A DNA stretch of 64,000 bases from the IMG/VR virus record IMGVR_UViG_3300046804_003398, one strand, 5' to 3'. The notes beneath the pieces are model-generated. The model made no database searches. It saw only the letters and a list, made by a program, of their open reading frames with translations, and was not told the DNA's origin. The translations under genes and the position numbers were made by a program. This DNA comes from a virus (taxonomy: Duplodnaviria > Caudoviricetes). Shown piece by piece: positions 35,518 to 45,935 of the stretch (position 1 is its first letter; each line of letters opens with the position of its first letter).

Positions 35518-37524
35518 TTAGTGAATCAACAAATATGTGCCTTTCACATCTTTTCTGTTTGCGCTTTCATCACCATCACCTGGTCTTACAATGACGTTGT
35601 ATTTACCAACTTCATTGGATACTGGTGTAGCCAACATTTCCTCATAGCTCAATATACTAGATGCAGGAACATTGTATTTAGCTGCCAACTTTTGTTTCAA
35701 ACGATTCAAGTTGTCAGGTGTAAATTGAATTCTGTCTTGATCATCTCTGACTGCCACACCCTTAGCATCCTTGGTGATAAGATCATCAAACATTTGCTTT
35801 GGAACAACAGTGCTGTGTTTGGTCTTGCTGAAATCAACATCACGTTCTTGTGGTTTTGTTGCACCAGCACTGAAATTGATGAGGAAGTTAGAAGGCTTCT
35901 CTCCTTGTGCTACAGATGCCATCTTGGTGTAAGCATAAAAGTCTACATTTGGAAACTTTCTAGCAACATCATACGCAAGATTTAAATAATCAGCTGAGAA
36001 CATATCTCCAGCATCATGCCATCTTACGACTACCTTGGCATTTTTCTTACCAGCAGATTTTACTGCAGCTGCAATTTCACGTTCCAACATAGACTTGAAA
36101 CCCGATGGATCATTGACCAAGAAATTCAACATTCTGGTTGCGGATATTGGAGCATTTTCATATTGAATATATCCACCCTTCTTGGCATAACAATAAACCT
36201 TACAAGCACCAGCACCTGGACATGTATCAATTACTACCAACTTGTTTGTCTTTTCGTTGACCGCCAAACCTTTTAGTGCTGGAAGACCAATGTTGTAATA
36301 AATCGATACACCACCACCGCTATGTTGAATCTTTTCGTTTTGCTTGAGAATCTTGGTTGGACGTTCCTTGATGGTGTTCTTCAATTGTTCCAAGTTAAAC
36401 TCTTTGCCTGACGCATCCACAATCTTCACAGCTGTGCTAGCGTGAATATATGGATACTTGTATTTGTCTATCTTGATCTGTCTTTGGAACTCTGGATCTT
36501 TTGCCAACTGCTTCTTCAAATCTTTATCAGTTGTAGCTTGACGCTTGAGATATTGTCTTCTGAGATATGCCATCAATTCTTCATCTGACAATTCTCTAAA
36601 TGTAGAACCCAACATGTCTCTATACTTGTCCAAATCAACTTCTTCTCTGACATCAAGTAAAGATTCAGCAACTACATCGTCCATTTCGTCTTGATAAAAA
36701 TCTTCAAGACTTTGAATTTTGATTGATTCTACAATTTTTTTTTCATCCATCACTTCACGGATCGATTCGTAAATGATGTTGGTAAACTCACTGACTGAAA
36801 TCTTGGACTCATCCATTCCGTATCCAAATGGTTCTGGTTCATCACTACGAACACGATATTCTGGTCCCATACCTGGTTCTTCGCCCTTCAAACGAGCAAT
36901 CTTTTGACGCAACATCTTCTTGTAGTTGTCAATGGTGCCATAGTCTTTTGCTCTGGTAGGATCTGGATTTGCCAACAATGCTTCCAAATCCTTGATGTCA
37001 TCCGCAACAGAATCTTCACTCAAATGAGCTGTTAGTTCGTCACTCTCAACTTCAGCAGCGTCATCTGGAGAACCCTTAAACTCTTCTGCTATCATTTGTT
37101 TGATCATTCTAACTAGTTTTTCTTGTTTGTTCATATGTGAGTTCTCCGACAAATCTTGAGTATCGTTACGTGATGTTTTGTATTTGTCCAAAATAGATGG
37201 TGGGATGTTGGTTGTTGTGACTGGGTTCTTACTAAGCAATTCCGAAATTTCGTCTTGTGTCAATAACTTCAACACTTCTACAGCTTCACGGTCGGTAGTA
37301 ATCAAGTTACTTGGATCTGTATTCAACATTGTTACCAACTGTTTAAATGGTGTTGTAGTTGAAACATATGCGTCAGATCCCACCTCTTTGTCGAAGTTTT
37401 CCATCTTCCACATCAATATCTTGGTTCCTCTATCGATAGTGGAAACCATAACTTTGACTGGTGGATTATTCACACTTTCTTTGAGTGTTTGAATGACGAG
37501 TTTTTCAAGCTTGCTTATGCCCAT
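35518..37524 (-). CDS. GP88-like (radical-SAM-like) domain protein with long N-terminal extension
   Basis: C-terminal IGLPA...TCPGAGACKVYCYAKKGGY...RWHDAGD...FYAYTK. Confidence 0.7.
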   Translation of the reverse strand: MGISKLEKLVIQTLKESVNNPPVKVMVSTIDRGTKILMWKMENFDKEVGSDAYVSTTTPFKQLVTMLNTDPSNLITTDREAVEVLKLLTQDEISELLSKNPVTTTNIPPSILDKYKTSRNDTQDLSENSHMNKQEKLVRMIKQMIAEEFKGSPDDAAEVESDELTAHLSEDSVADDIKDLEALLANPDPTRAKDYGTIDNYKKMLRQKIARLKGEEPGMGPEYRVRSDEPEPFGYGMDESKISVSEFTNIIYESIREVMDEKKIVESIKIQSLEDFYQDEMDDVVAESLLDVREEVDLDKYRDMLGSTFRELSDEELMAYLRRQYLKRQATTDKDLKKQLAKDPEFQRQIKIDKYKYPYIHASTAVKIVDASGKEFNLEQLKNTIKERPTKILKQNEKIQHSGGGVSIYYNIGLPALKGLAVNEKTNKLVVIDTCPGAGACKVYCYAKKGGYIQYENAPISATRMLNFLVNDPSGFKSMLEREIAAAVKSAGKKNAKVVVRWHDAGDMFSADYLNLAYDVARKFPNVDFYAYTKMASVAQGEKPSNFLINFSAGATKPQERDVDFSKTKHSTVVPKQMFDDLITKDAKGVAVRDDQDRIQFTPDNLNRLKQKLAAKYNVPASSILSYEEMLATPVSNEVGKYNVIVRPGDGDESANRKDVKGTYLLIH

Positions 37525-37550
37525 AATGATATAAATATAATAGCGCTACA

Positions 37551-38735
37551 TTAAATACCCACAATTTGTTTAAATGCGTGGGTGTATAGTTCGGATGGAA
37601 CAAAACGTGTTTGAATCGATTCCATCAAACCATTAATATTGATATCTCTGAAGAACTTGTCTGCTATGTTGAAGTTATGAAGATATCTGTCACGAAACAC
37701 TTTGAGTTCCGCATCGTCCTTGACCGCTTCAAATATTGCTTTGTATACCAAATATCTTCTATAAATTTGCGCCACGGTGGATATTTCACGCGTATCAATG
37801 CGTTGCATTATTTCTACAAACATCTCTTCTTGTAACAAATCATCCTCAACAACAACGTGAAACCTGTTTAAACAGGAAGCAGATCCAATGTGATATATGT
37901 AGTAATCTTCTATCTTCTTATAAACATCATCATTAAAAGTAACATATGGTTTTTGTTCTATCATACCCATATGAAAAAAGTATGCAGTCTGACTATCAGA
38001 ATTGTCCAACTTACAATCATACAAATCAAACTGGTAACCTTTGTTGATTCTGCTCATCATGTCAATACTGAACTTGACAAATGTATCGGAGTGACATTCT
38101 TCTTCTAATGTTATGAATCTACCACGATAAAATATTGTTTCACCCGCTTCAAAACAATGTGCTCTGAAAATATCATCTTTCTTGACAAACTTCTTCTTGA
38201 TTAAAAAATGCGTAGGCCAGTAATGTCCAAACTGATATGCACACGGACTATCATGATCATACAATACTTTATCTTCTTTCATGTATTGAACTTCACGATC
38301 TACCAATTTAAAGTTACTAACGCAACCTCTAGGATCACCAACAAAATCATAAATCCCTTCATTCAGGGCGCAAATGTGACTTTTAAGCAATCTGGAATTG
38401 ATAATAAAATCATCATCTTCCATCAGCAATATATTATCTCCACATCTGTCATAAAAATTCTGAAACAAATGTGCAATCATCATTCCATGATTCTGCGTAT
38501 CCATCAACGGATATATAAAATCAATGGACTTATCATCACCACGAAGTTCATGAAAGAAGTTGACAATTTCAGCTACTTCAGCAGGCTCTCTACGTTTGGA
38601 ACCAAAAGCAACTCCAATAAACAAATTGTTAAAAATATCACTAAGTATGCGTTTGTGATTTTTAATTCTAATATGCATCAACAGTGGATCAGCCGCTGAT
38701 ACCAACAATTGTGTGGAGTTTTTAACGTCGTTCAT
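37551..38735 (-). CDS. Glycosyltransferase-like protein (GT-A, DxD)
   Basis: ILLMEDDDFII; YDFVGDPRGC; HYWPTHFLIKKKFV shared with the gene at 39728; ATG 38735 overlaps the epimerase stop. Confidence 0.6.
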   Translation of the reverse strand: MNDVKNSTQLLVSAADPLLMHIRIKNHKRILSDIFNNLFIGVAFGSKRREPAEVAEIVNFFHELRGDDKSIDFIYPLMDTQNHGMMIAHLFQNFYDRCGDNILLMEDDDFIINSRLLKSHICALNEGIYDFVGDPRGCVSNFKLVDREVQYMKEDKVLYDHDSPCAYQFGHYWPTHFLIKKKFVKKDDIFRAHCFEAGETIFYRGRFITLEEECHSDTFVKFSIDMMSRINKGYQFDLYDCKLDNSDSQTAYFFHMGMIEQKPYVTFNDDVYKKIEDYYIYHIGSASCLNRFHVVVEDDLLQEEMFVEIMQRIDTREISTVAQIYRRYLVYKAIFEAVKDDAELKVFRDRYLHNFNIADKFFRDININGLMESIQTRFVPSELYTHAFKQIVGI

Positions 38736-39724
38736 TTGACCTTCCAAAAGTCATAAATACCTTTTTCAACTTCATATTTAGGCCAAACAAATCTGTTTCT
38801 CATTGGTTGTTGTTTTGCCCAAGCCCACATATCAGTCAAACCATCTTTCAGATTGGTCTTGTGTTGAAACCCAAGAAGATCCACAGACTTTTGATGTGTA
38901 GAATAAGCATGCTTTACTTCGTGTCTTTGTTGAAGATATACTTTCTGACCACCACCCATCACCTCAATCAATGTATCACAAGCATCATTTATCGAAGTTT
39001 CAACAATACCACCCAAGTTTATTATCTGTTTTGAAGCCTTAGCAGACAAGGCAGCATTCAAGAATGGTTCAAGACTATCATCGATATATGAAAACGCTCT
39101 AGTTTGTTGTCCATCTCCGTAGATAGTAAGAGGTTGGTTGTTCAAATGCTGATACATCCAGATACCCAACACATTACGGTATTTATCCCATATATTCTGT
39201 TTCTTACCATATACATTGTGTGGACGAATTATACACCAATCCAAACCATGCTGTTGCCCAGCCACAATAATGTCCATTTCACAAGCATACTTAGCAACTC
39301 CATATGGATCTATAGGATTTGGAACAAATGACTCGTCAAACGGAGTCTTATTCTGACCATATACAGCCATCGTAGAAGTGAAAACCAACCTCTTTACGTC
39401 GTTATTTATACAAGCGTTAACGATATTGGTAGTCGAGATTAGATTATTGTTATAATTGTAGTTTCTAATAAAAGGACTCAATCCCTCAGCAGCATATGCT
39501 GCTAAATGATAAACATAATCAATCTTTTGTGACTCAAATATAGCATTTACGTCTTCGATATCAGTAACTAGATTGAGATTGTGTAGTTCTACATCTTCGT
39601 TAACGTTTTCGATGTAACCACCACTAAAGTCGTCAATACCAATAACTCTGATACCTTTAGAAATCAAATAGTCTGCGATATTTGAACCAAGCAAACCAGC
39701 TACGCCTGTAATTAATATTGTCAT
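38732..39724 (-). CDS. NAD-dependent nucleotide-sugar epimerase/dehydratase (extended SDR)
   Basis: ILITGVAGLLGS, HLAAY, TSTMAVYG, YGVAKYACE (YxxxK), RPHNVYG, GDGQQTRAF. Confidence 0.93.
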   Translation of the reverse strand: MTILITGVAGLLGSNIADYLISKGIRVIGIDDFSGGYIENVNEDVELHNLNLVTDIEDVNAIFESQKIDYVYHLAAYAAEGLSPFIRNYNYNNNLISTTNIVNACINNDVKRLVFTSTMAVYGQNKTPFDESFVPNPIDPYGVAKYACEMDIIVAGQQHGLDWCIIRPHNVYGKKQNIWDKYRNVLGIWMYQHLNNQPLTIYGDGQQTRAFSYIDDSLEPFLNAALSAKASKQIINLGGIVETSINDACDTLIEVMGGGQKVYLQQRHEVKHAYSTHQKSVDLLGFQHKTNLKDGLTDMWAWAKQQPMRNRFVWPKYEVEKGIYDFWKVK

Positions 39725-39727
39725 AAA

Positions 39728-40996
39728 TTATTTACCAACAATGTGTTTGAAAGTTTCTACATACACACTACGTGGAATCAACCAGTTACCAACTTCCTTC
39801 ATACGTTCTTCAACTTTAGCCTCAGCAAAAACTTGTTCCAACTGAGCAAAGTTATTTATACAACGTTCACGGAAGATAGCAAACTCTGGATCATCTTGAA
39901 CTGCCTCAAATCCGGCACGATACAAACTATAACGTCTGTATAGTTCAAACAATTGATAGTTGTCGTTCTTCTCGGCAAACTCTTGAATTTGTCTGAAAAG
40001 ACTTTGTATTCTGATGTCGTTCTTAATTATTGGGAACATCTGTAGTGATGAACCAGATCCAGTGTGTAGAGAAAACTGTTTCAAAGAAATCTCAACCATA
40101 TTGTCTGGAACTTTAAACAACGGTGTGTTAACCAAACCACGATTGAGGAAGTATAATATCTCAGCATCTGGTAAATGTTGTGCTGCATATGGAAACGGTT
40201 GAAATTCATAACCTTTATTAACTCTACTCATCATGTCAATACTGAACTTGACAAACGTATCTCCACATGTATTTTCGACGTAAAACTTTCTGCCTCTATA
40301 GTTTATCTCGGTGTTGTTGATGGTCTTGCCAAGTTCATCACCATTTGCACCAAACGCTTCAAATCGATCATTCTTGTTGACAAACTTTTTCTTGATCAAA
40401 AAGTGTGTAGGCCAGTAGTGAGTAAATTCTCCAAATATACCTGGAGTTTCACCATCATTTACCAAAACTTTATCTTCCTTCACAACCTTTCGTTCAAACT
40501 CTATCAACTGTTGATTGTTTGTGCAACCTCTTGGTTCGCCAACAAAGTCATAATCACCACGGTTCATCCTATCAACGTGATTCTCCAACATGTCAGCATT
40601 CACAAAGAAATCATCAGTCTCGGTGATCAACAAATTAGACTTACAGTCATCATACACTTCTTTGATCAATGCATTCAACATCGTTCCATGTTGAGTAGTA
40701 TAATCGTGGTGAGGATAAACAAACTTGATATCTGGATCGTCCTTGATGAGGTTGTTAAAGAAAGCAGTCAACTCAACCATTTCATCATTTGTAGGATTTT
40801 GTGGATGTGGTGCCCAGTAATGAGCTGTGTGAATACCTACAAAAAAGTTGTCAACAAATTTTCGTAGTCTGTTTTTATAACATTTCACCGCAATGTAAAT
40901 TGCAAGTGGGTCTGCGGATATCATCAACTGTGTAGCGTCTTTTTTATTCATATCTGTAACGAATGGTCTGTCTGTAAATATATATGGCGAACACAC
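39728..40996 (-). CDS. Glycosyltransferase-like protein (GT-A, DxD)
   Basis: LLITETDDFFV; YDFVGEPRGC; HYWPTHFLIKKKFV; start may be ATG 40951. Confidence 0.6.
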   Translation of the reverse strand: MCSPYIFTDRPFVTDMNKKDATQLMISADPLAIYIAVKCYKNRLRKFVDNFFVGIHTAHYWAPHPQNPTNDEMVELTAFFNNLIKDDPDIKFVYPHHDYTTQHGTMLNALIKEVYDDCKSNLLITETDDFFVNADMLENHVDRMNRGDYDFVGEPRGCTNNQQLIEFERKVVKEDKVLVNDGETPGIFGEFTHYWPTHFLIKKKFVNKNDRFEAFGANGDELGKTINNTEINYRGRKFYVENTCGDTFVKFSIDMMSRVNKGYEFQPFPYAAQHLPDAEILYFLNRGLVNTPLFKVPDNMVEISLKQFSLHTGSGSSLQMFPIIKNDIRIQSLFRQIQEFAEKNDNYQLFELYRRYSLYRAGFEAVQDDPEFAIFRERCINNFAQLEQVFAEAKVEERMKEVGNWLIPRSVYVETFKHIVGK

Positions 40997-41011
40997 AAAT
41001 CAAGATACGTT

Positions 41012-41818
41012 ATGAGTAAAAAAAAGATTGCCATTTGTATTAGTGGCATACCAAAGTTTTGGCAACATTCTATAAAAAGCATTCAAAAGTATTTTCCAGA
41101 TGCAGACATTTTTGTTCATATGTGGCATTTGGACGAAAACACAATAACAAGTATAAAAACAAATGGTGGAGGATTTGCAGCTATAGACCACGGTGATTAT
41201 AATAAACAAACTAGCTATAAATCATACACCCAATTAAGCGAAGAAACACTGGTAAAAACATTTGCTCCAAAGAAATATACAATCGAAAACTTAAATGACT
41301 ACAAAAGTAAGTTTGAAGTAATTAGACAAAAACTAATATCTGAATCTTGGTCATTGTCACACGCTGCAAAAAACGTAGGAATGGTTAGTATGTTTTATGG
41401 TATTGAACAAGTGACATTATTGAAGAACCAGTGTGAACTTGAAAATAACATCAAATACGACATCGTGGTTCGTATGAGATTTGATAGCAACATACACGAC
41501 ATTCAAAACTTCTCAGATGATTCAATTCGACCCAAATCGCTATTTACTAATGATATCAAAATTTATAATAAATATTGGTGGTTAGAATTTGACAACGATA
41601 CATTAGTTATACCTGAAGGAAATGATTATGGCGGAATATGTGATCAATTTTGGTTTGCGTCAAGTGAATTATTTGATCAAGTTTCAAAAGCATACAGTAA
41701 CTTGGAAAACATAGTCAAGTCATGCAAAAGATATCATCCAGAAACCGTATTTAAATTTCACTTGAAAAACATAAAGATAAAAAGAATACCAATATTTGTA
41801 GGAATAAACAACGTATGA
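41012..41818 (+). CDS. Putative glycosyltransferase-associated protein
   Basis: KIAICISG...DIFVHMW...SMFYG...YDIVVRMRFD...ICDQFWF...HPE pattern seen in glycan-modifying loci. Confidence 0.6.
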   Translation: MSKKKIAICISGIPKFWQHSIKSIQKYFPDADIFVHMWHLDENTITSIKTNGGGFAAIDHGDYNKQTSYKSYTQLSEETLVKTFAPKKYTIENLNDYKSKFEVIRQKLISESWSLSHAAKNVGMVSMFYGIEQVTLLKNQCELENNIKYDIVVRMRFDSNIHDIQNFSDDSIRPKSLFTNDIKIYNKYWWLEFDNDTLVIPEGNDYGGICDQFWFASSELFDQVSKAYSNLENIVKSCKRYHPETVFKFHLKNIKIKRIPIFVGINNV

Positions 41819-42639
41819 AACGTAACAAGTCAATATTCACAATAGTAAAAAACGAACGTTATTTTCTCAAGAAGTGGTTGGAATACTACCGACAACACTT
41901 TGATGACTGTGACATATATGTTTTTGATAACCAAACCACCGACGGAAGCACCAACGATCTTCCAGTCAAAACATTCAAACTGTTCAACGAAAATGCTTAC
42001 GACCCATATTGGTTGTGGACAAACATCGGTCACATCTGGAACCAATTATTGAAAGACTACAAATATGCAATGTATACAGACGTAGACGAATTCATCATCA
42101 CTAAAAATGGAGACACTCTAAAACAAGAGTTTGACAAACAAATCGAAAACAACACACCATGTATCATCTGTCAAGGTTACAACATGGTTCACTGGAAACA
42201 TAAAGAACCAGAAGCATTTGATGCTGGTAGACCATTGCTGAATCAAAGAAATTATGTGATGTATTCAAAAGAATATTCCAAGGTTGTAATGGGTAACTAT
42301 GACATGCGTTTCAATATTGGTGCTCACACCGCAAACAACGAAGTGTGGTATTCAGAAACTCAACGTGAAATTCCAAACCTAATGTTGATTCACGCAAAGT
42401 TATATGATCAAGATCTAACCGTCGAACGTTACAAACACAGATATAACCAATCCACAAAAAACTGTGACGAAGCTTGTGATCAGTTTTTGATACTAAATAA
42501 CGAGGTAGACAAGTTCATGAAACATCACTATCCAGATCCAAGCTACGATACCGATACAGTTTATGGTATTGAACCCAGATTCATAAACCTTAAACACCTT
42601 AATCAGTATATAAACTACGACTACAAAAACCTGTTCTAA
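41815..42639 (+). CDS. Glycosyltransferase family 2-like (GT2/GT92-type)
   Basis: TIVKNERYFLKKWLEYY...YVFDNQTTDGS...YTDVDEFI. Confidence 0.85.
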   Translation: MKRNKSIFTIVKNERYFLKKWLEYYRQHFDDCDIYVFDNQTTDGSTNDLPVKTFKLFNENAYDPYWLWTNIGHIWNQLLKDYKYAMYTDVDEFIITKNGDTLKQEFDKQIENNTPCIICQGYNMVHWKHKEPEAFDAGRPLLNQRNYVMYSKEYSKVVMGNYDMRFNIGAHTANNEVWYSETQREIPNLMLIHAKLYDQDLTVERYKHRYNQSTKNCDEACDQFLILNNEVDKFMKHHYPDPSYDTDTVYGIEPRFINLKHLNQYINYDYKNLF

Positions 42640-42642
42640 ATG

Positions 42643-42680
42643 CACGAAAAACCCGGCTTTTACACCGGGTTTTTTTGTTT
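42643..42680. terminator. Bidirectional terminator between convergent genes
   Basis: aaaacccgg-cttttaca-ccgggtttttt. Confidence 0.75.
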
Positions 42681-42691
42681 ATATACCTAGA

Positions 42692-43957
42692 TTACACCTT
42701 GGCAAGCTTACGGCCTGGAGTTCCATTATATTCATGTGACTCAATAACCGTAGCACTCTTGGAGGCAATCTTTTTCTCCAGCTTACTCAAAAGAACCTTG
42801 TAACGCTTACGGGTCTTGAGATAATCATGTCCCCTCAACATCGACTTGTATGTAAACGAACGTTCGCCAATCTTGTGAAGAGTCTTACGATCATTACACA
42901 GTGTATCAACCAAAGTGCAATATGTCTCAACAAACTCATTCACATCCTTGATGGTCTTGATATGAGAATAATCAGTTGCCTTCAAAATATACAAGTCCAA
43001 CAAAGCATTAACAGAAGGACGATTGCCAAACAACGAAGCATTAGGCTCAACCCACTTGTCAAAAAACTCGGACACAGACAACTCAAACTTCTGATGATCA
43101 AGATCCATCGTAGATCCAGACTGATAAGCATCATCAAACAAAACAGAATTCCACCTCTGAGTCATACCATTCTGTCGAATAAAAGCACAATGCGTAAACC
43201 AAGCATCAACCTCACGACGATTATACTTGATCTCACTCTTCTTAAACGCCTTGAGAAGCACATTAGAAGCAGTTTCCTCATTGTTGTAATACTTCACACC
43301 CATCTCACGACACACTCGGGAAATATCACTAATAATAGCATTACGCTTTTCAGCCTGATTCAACGGAGTGCCACTGTTGACAGCCAAGAACAAATCACTC
43401 AACTGTGCCCGAGTTGACTTGGTAAACAATTCAACACAAATCTCCCTACTCAGAATAAATCGCTTGACATCCTCATCCAATTCATCCCAAGTCTTATCAG
43501 CACCAATCACAACCTCATTGTAATCATTGTTGACAGCCTCACCAGGAGTAGATCCATTCACACGACGAATATAATAACGACCCGGAGACAAAGTAAGCTG
43601 ATTACTAAAAAATGCCTTGATCGTGGTAAGACGATTGTTACCGTCAACATTCAAATACTTGACATTCTTCTTGGCCCAACCAGAGTAATACTCAATGTCA
43701 AGCTTAAACTTGCTGCTCTTGGTATTCGTCAAACACGCATCAACATCCGCAAACAAAAACTTACTGGGAGCAAGACCATGAAACAAATTGTTCAAATACT
43801 CTCGCATCTGATTGGTCTTCCACCGAGCAGGACTTTGAAAGTGCCGGTCAATCTCAACAGTGTTCATCAACTTGGAAACTGTCTCCAATGACCACATATA
43901 ATTCTGAGACTCAGTGTTGCTAATGTAGTTGTTATCAACAATAACGGTATTCTTCAT
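42692..43957 (-). CDS. DUF262 (GmrS/ParB-like) domain protein
   Basis: FQSPARW, VDGNNRLTTI, LFLAVNSGTPLNQAEKRNA. Confidence 0.85.
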   Translation of the reverse strand: MKNTVIVDNNYISNTESQNYMWSLETVSKLMNTVEIDRHFQSPARWKTNQMREYLNNLFHGLAPSKFLFADVDACLTNTKSSKFKLDIEYYSGWAKKNVKYLNVDGNNRLTTIKAFFSNQLTLSPGRYYIRRVNGSTPGEAVNNDYNEVVIGADKTWDELDEDVKRFILSREICVELFTKSTRAQLSDLFLAVNSGTPLNQAEKRNAIISDISRVCREMGVKYYNNEETASNVLLKAFKKSEIKYNRREVDAWFTHCAFIRQNGMTQRWNSVLFDDAYQSGSTMDLDHQKFELSVSEFFDKWVEPNASLFGNRPSVNALLDLYILKATDYSHIKTIKDVNEFVETYCTLVDTLCNDRKTLHKIGERSFTYKSMLRGHDYLKTRKRYKVLLSKLEKKIASKSATVIESHEYNGTPGRKLAKV

Positions 43958-44019
43958 GTTTTATTTTTTGTTTTTTATTTTTAGTCGAACCAATTAGAAC
44001 TCGGTATGAAAATATACTA

Positions 44020-44559
44020 TCACGCAGTCACACCTTCGTCAACAGAAATATTAAAACCCCCAAAACGAGTTTTTAACCTTGACACCGAAATATTGTTGCC
44101 AGTCTTGATTCGGGACTGCAACAACAACTTAGCAGGCAAATAATAAATTGACAATCCACTGGGTTGCAAATGAACTGCAAGATACCCACCATTGTTCAAC
44201 GTCTCAGCCTTCTTTTGCCAATCATGATCAGACAAATTACCACTGGTATGACCCAAATTGATGGTAAAATCCTTGCTTATACGCCGAATATCAACACGAA
44301 CAGTTTTGTCGTTCTTCAACTCAAGATCCCAAGCATCAGCTTTATCACGACGCTTGAGATTTTTATATCGATCATTTTTGGTAAAAATCATCCACACAAT
44401 TGCTTCAACCAATTCACCATGACCACCATTCAACATCTCAGGCCAAAGCACACTGGTTGTATATCCATTCTTAACCAACACATCATACGACATGCTACGA
44501 ATCAATCCAATTCGATTTTTTAATTTCAATGTTTTCATAAAAATAAGGGAGATATTCAA
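44020..44559 (-). CDS. Hypothetical protein, possible nuclease
   Basis: 179 aa (start may be ATG 44538); weak D...(D/E)xR pattern. Confidence 0.55.
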   Translation of the reverse strand: MNISLIFMKTLKLKNRIGLIRSMSYDVLVKNGYTTSVLWPEMLNGGHGELVEAIVWMIFTKNDRYKNLKRRDKADAWDLELKNDKTVRVDIRRISKDFTINLGHTSGNLSDHDWQKKAETLNNGGYLAVHLQPSGLSIYYLPAKLLLQSRIKTGNNISVSRLKTRFGGFNISVDEGVTA

Positions 44560-44597
44560 AATACCTCCCTTTTGTTATCAATACTATTTTTGTTCCG

Positions 44598-45617
44598 TTA
44601 TTCTTTGCTTCCAAGAAGATAAGTGTTGCTAATAGCCTTGAAACTAAACTCACGCTCAAGTCCACGAACAACAACACCCTCACGATCAACTTCCATGTTC
44701 AACACACTCTTGCCTTCAGCATACTTCAACATGTAGTCAACAATATTGGTTTCATTCGGAATCACAAATCCATACTTCTCAAGCACGGGAACCATTTGCA
44801 AATCCAAACCAAACAACACCCACTCAAGTTCATCGAAGAACATACGACGACCCTTATCAATGTCATAACCAGTAAAGAAAAACAACTTGTGGTCAGTCAA
44901 TCCATACAAATTACCATTGATACCAGCACCAATCAGTTCTCCCTGCAAAGCAATGTTCTTGCCAAGCTTAGTCATCTTGTCCTTCAACTCAAGCATCTTG
45001 GCCATACGCCACAACGAATTGTCATCGGTTTCAGACAACTCCCAGTTACGTCCACAAACACCAAATACACCATTGTTGAAGTAACAAGTGAAACTGGTTC
45101 CATCCAACTTTTCAGTTACATAAGCACGTTCACCAGCAGGATTAAATCCAACTTCACTCTCAAAGTTCTGAATACGAATTTCGTCAGTCTTTGGAATAAA
45201 ACTAGGAAAGGTTCCCTTGATCTTGCCAGCCAACTGAGCAGGAATAGGAGGTTCATACTTGACAACATCAAGCGCCTCGGTCAAATCATCACCCTCCTTT
45301 GGATTACTAATACCCTCTGGAATCGGAGTCAACAAACCTTGACTAATTTGTCCACGGAGCTTAATGGTCTTGAGACGAAATCCCTCACTGGAACCCATGC
45401 GCTTGTAACTGCTCTTACGCAAAAATTCAAATTGAGGACGAATAGGCAAAAAGCTGTCAATTTCAAAGTAAACAGCCAAATCACCCACATTGAATTCGTT
45501 CTTCTTTACCACAACCTTCCAACCACGCACAGTAGCAACAACAATAGCGTCAGCTCCAGCAATGGGTTGAATATCAGCAATTTTAACAACACTAGCCAAC
45601 TTACGTTCAGTAGTCAT
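44598..45617 (-). CDS. ATP-dependent RNA ligase, DRB0094/Rnl5 family
   Basis: N-terminal OB-like RKLASVVKIADIQPIAGADAI; motif I TEKLDGTS; LQGELIG; REGVVVR; SFKAISNTYL. Confidence 0.92.
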   Translation of the reverse strand: MTTERKLASVVKIADIQPIAGADAIVVATVRGWKVVVKKNEFNVGDLAVYFEIDSFLPIRPQFEFLRKSSYKRMGSSEGFRLKTIKLRGQISQGLLTPIPEGISNPKEGDDLTEALDVVKYEPPIPAQLAGKIKGTFPSFIPKTDEIRIQNFESEVGFNPAGERAYVTEKLDGTSFTCYFNNGVFGVCGRNWELSETDDNSLWRMAKMLELKDKMTKLGKNIALQGELIGAGINGNLYGLTDHKLFFFTGYDIDKGRRMFFDELEWVLFGLDLQMVPVLEKYGFVIPNETNIVDYMLKYAEGKSVLNMEVDREGVVVRGLEREFSFKAISNTYLLGSKE

Positions 45618-45622
45618 ATTAG

Positions 45623-45925
45623 TTACTTTCTAACAATTTTTCCGTCAACAACACTCACATACTTGATGTTGTTCATCATTTTCTTTTTGCTATACAATCG
45701 AACAGCATTAGTAAATATTACCACAAATGCAATGATCACGTTGAACAAAGCATTCAGATACTTTCCCTCATTAAGACGAAGTTCTATGGGAATCAACATC
45801 AAAAATCCAAGAAATATACACAATTTTTGATACCAATCAGTGTTGATAATATTTACAATCACGTTCATAATTACGTTATAAATCATATGCGACAATTTGT
45901 GTGAAGTCAACAACTTTTTAAACAA
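45623..45925 (-). CDS. Hypothetical membrane protein
   Basis: Hydrophobic segments. Confidence 0.6.
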   Translation of the reverse strand: MFKKLLTSHKLSHMIYNVIMNVIVNIINTDWYQKLCIFLGFLMLIPIELRLNEGKYLNALFNVIIAFVVIFTNAVRLYSKKKMMNNIKYVSVVDGKIVRK

Positions 45926-45935
45926 AGCTGTTTTT

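Noticed and set aside
44796-45830. 344 aa plus-strand ORF
   Set aside because: Antisense shadow of the RNA ligase gene; no recognisable motifs.
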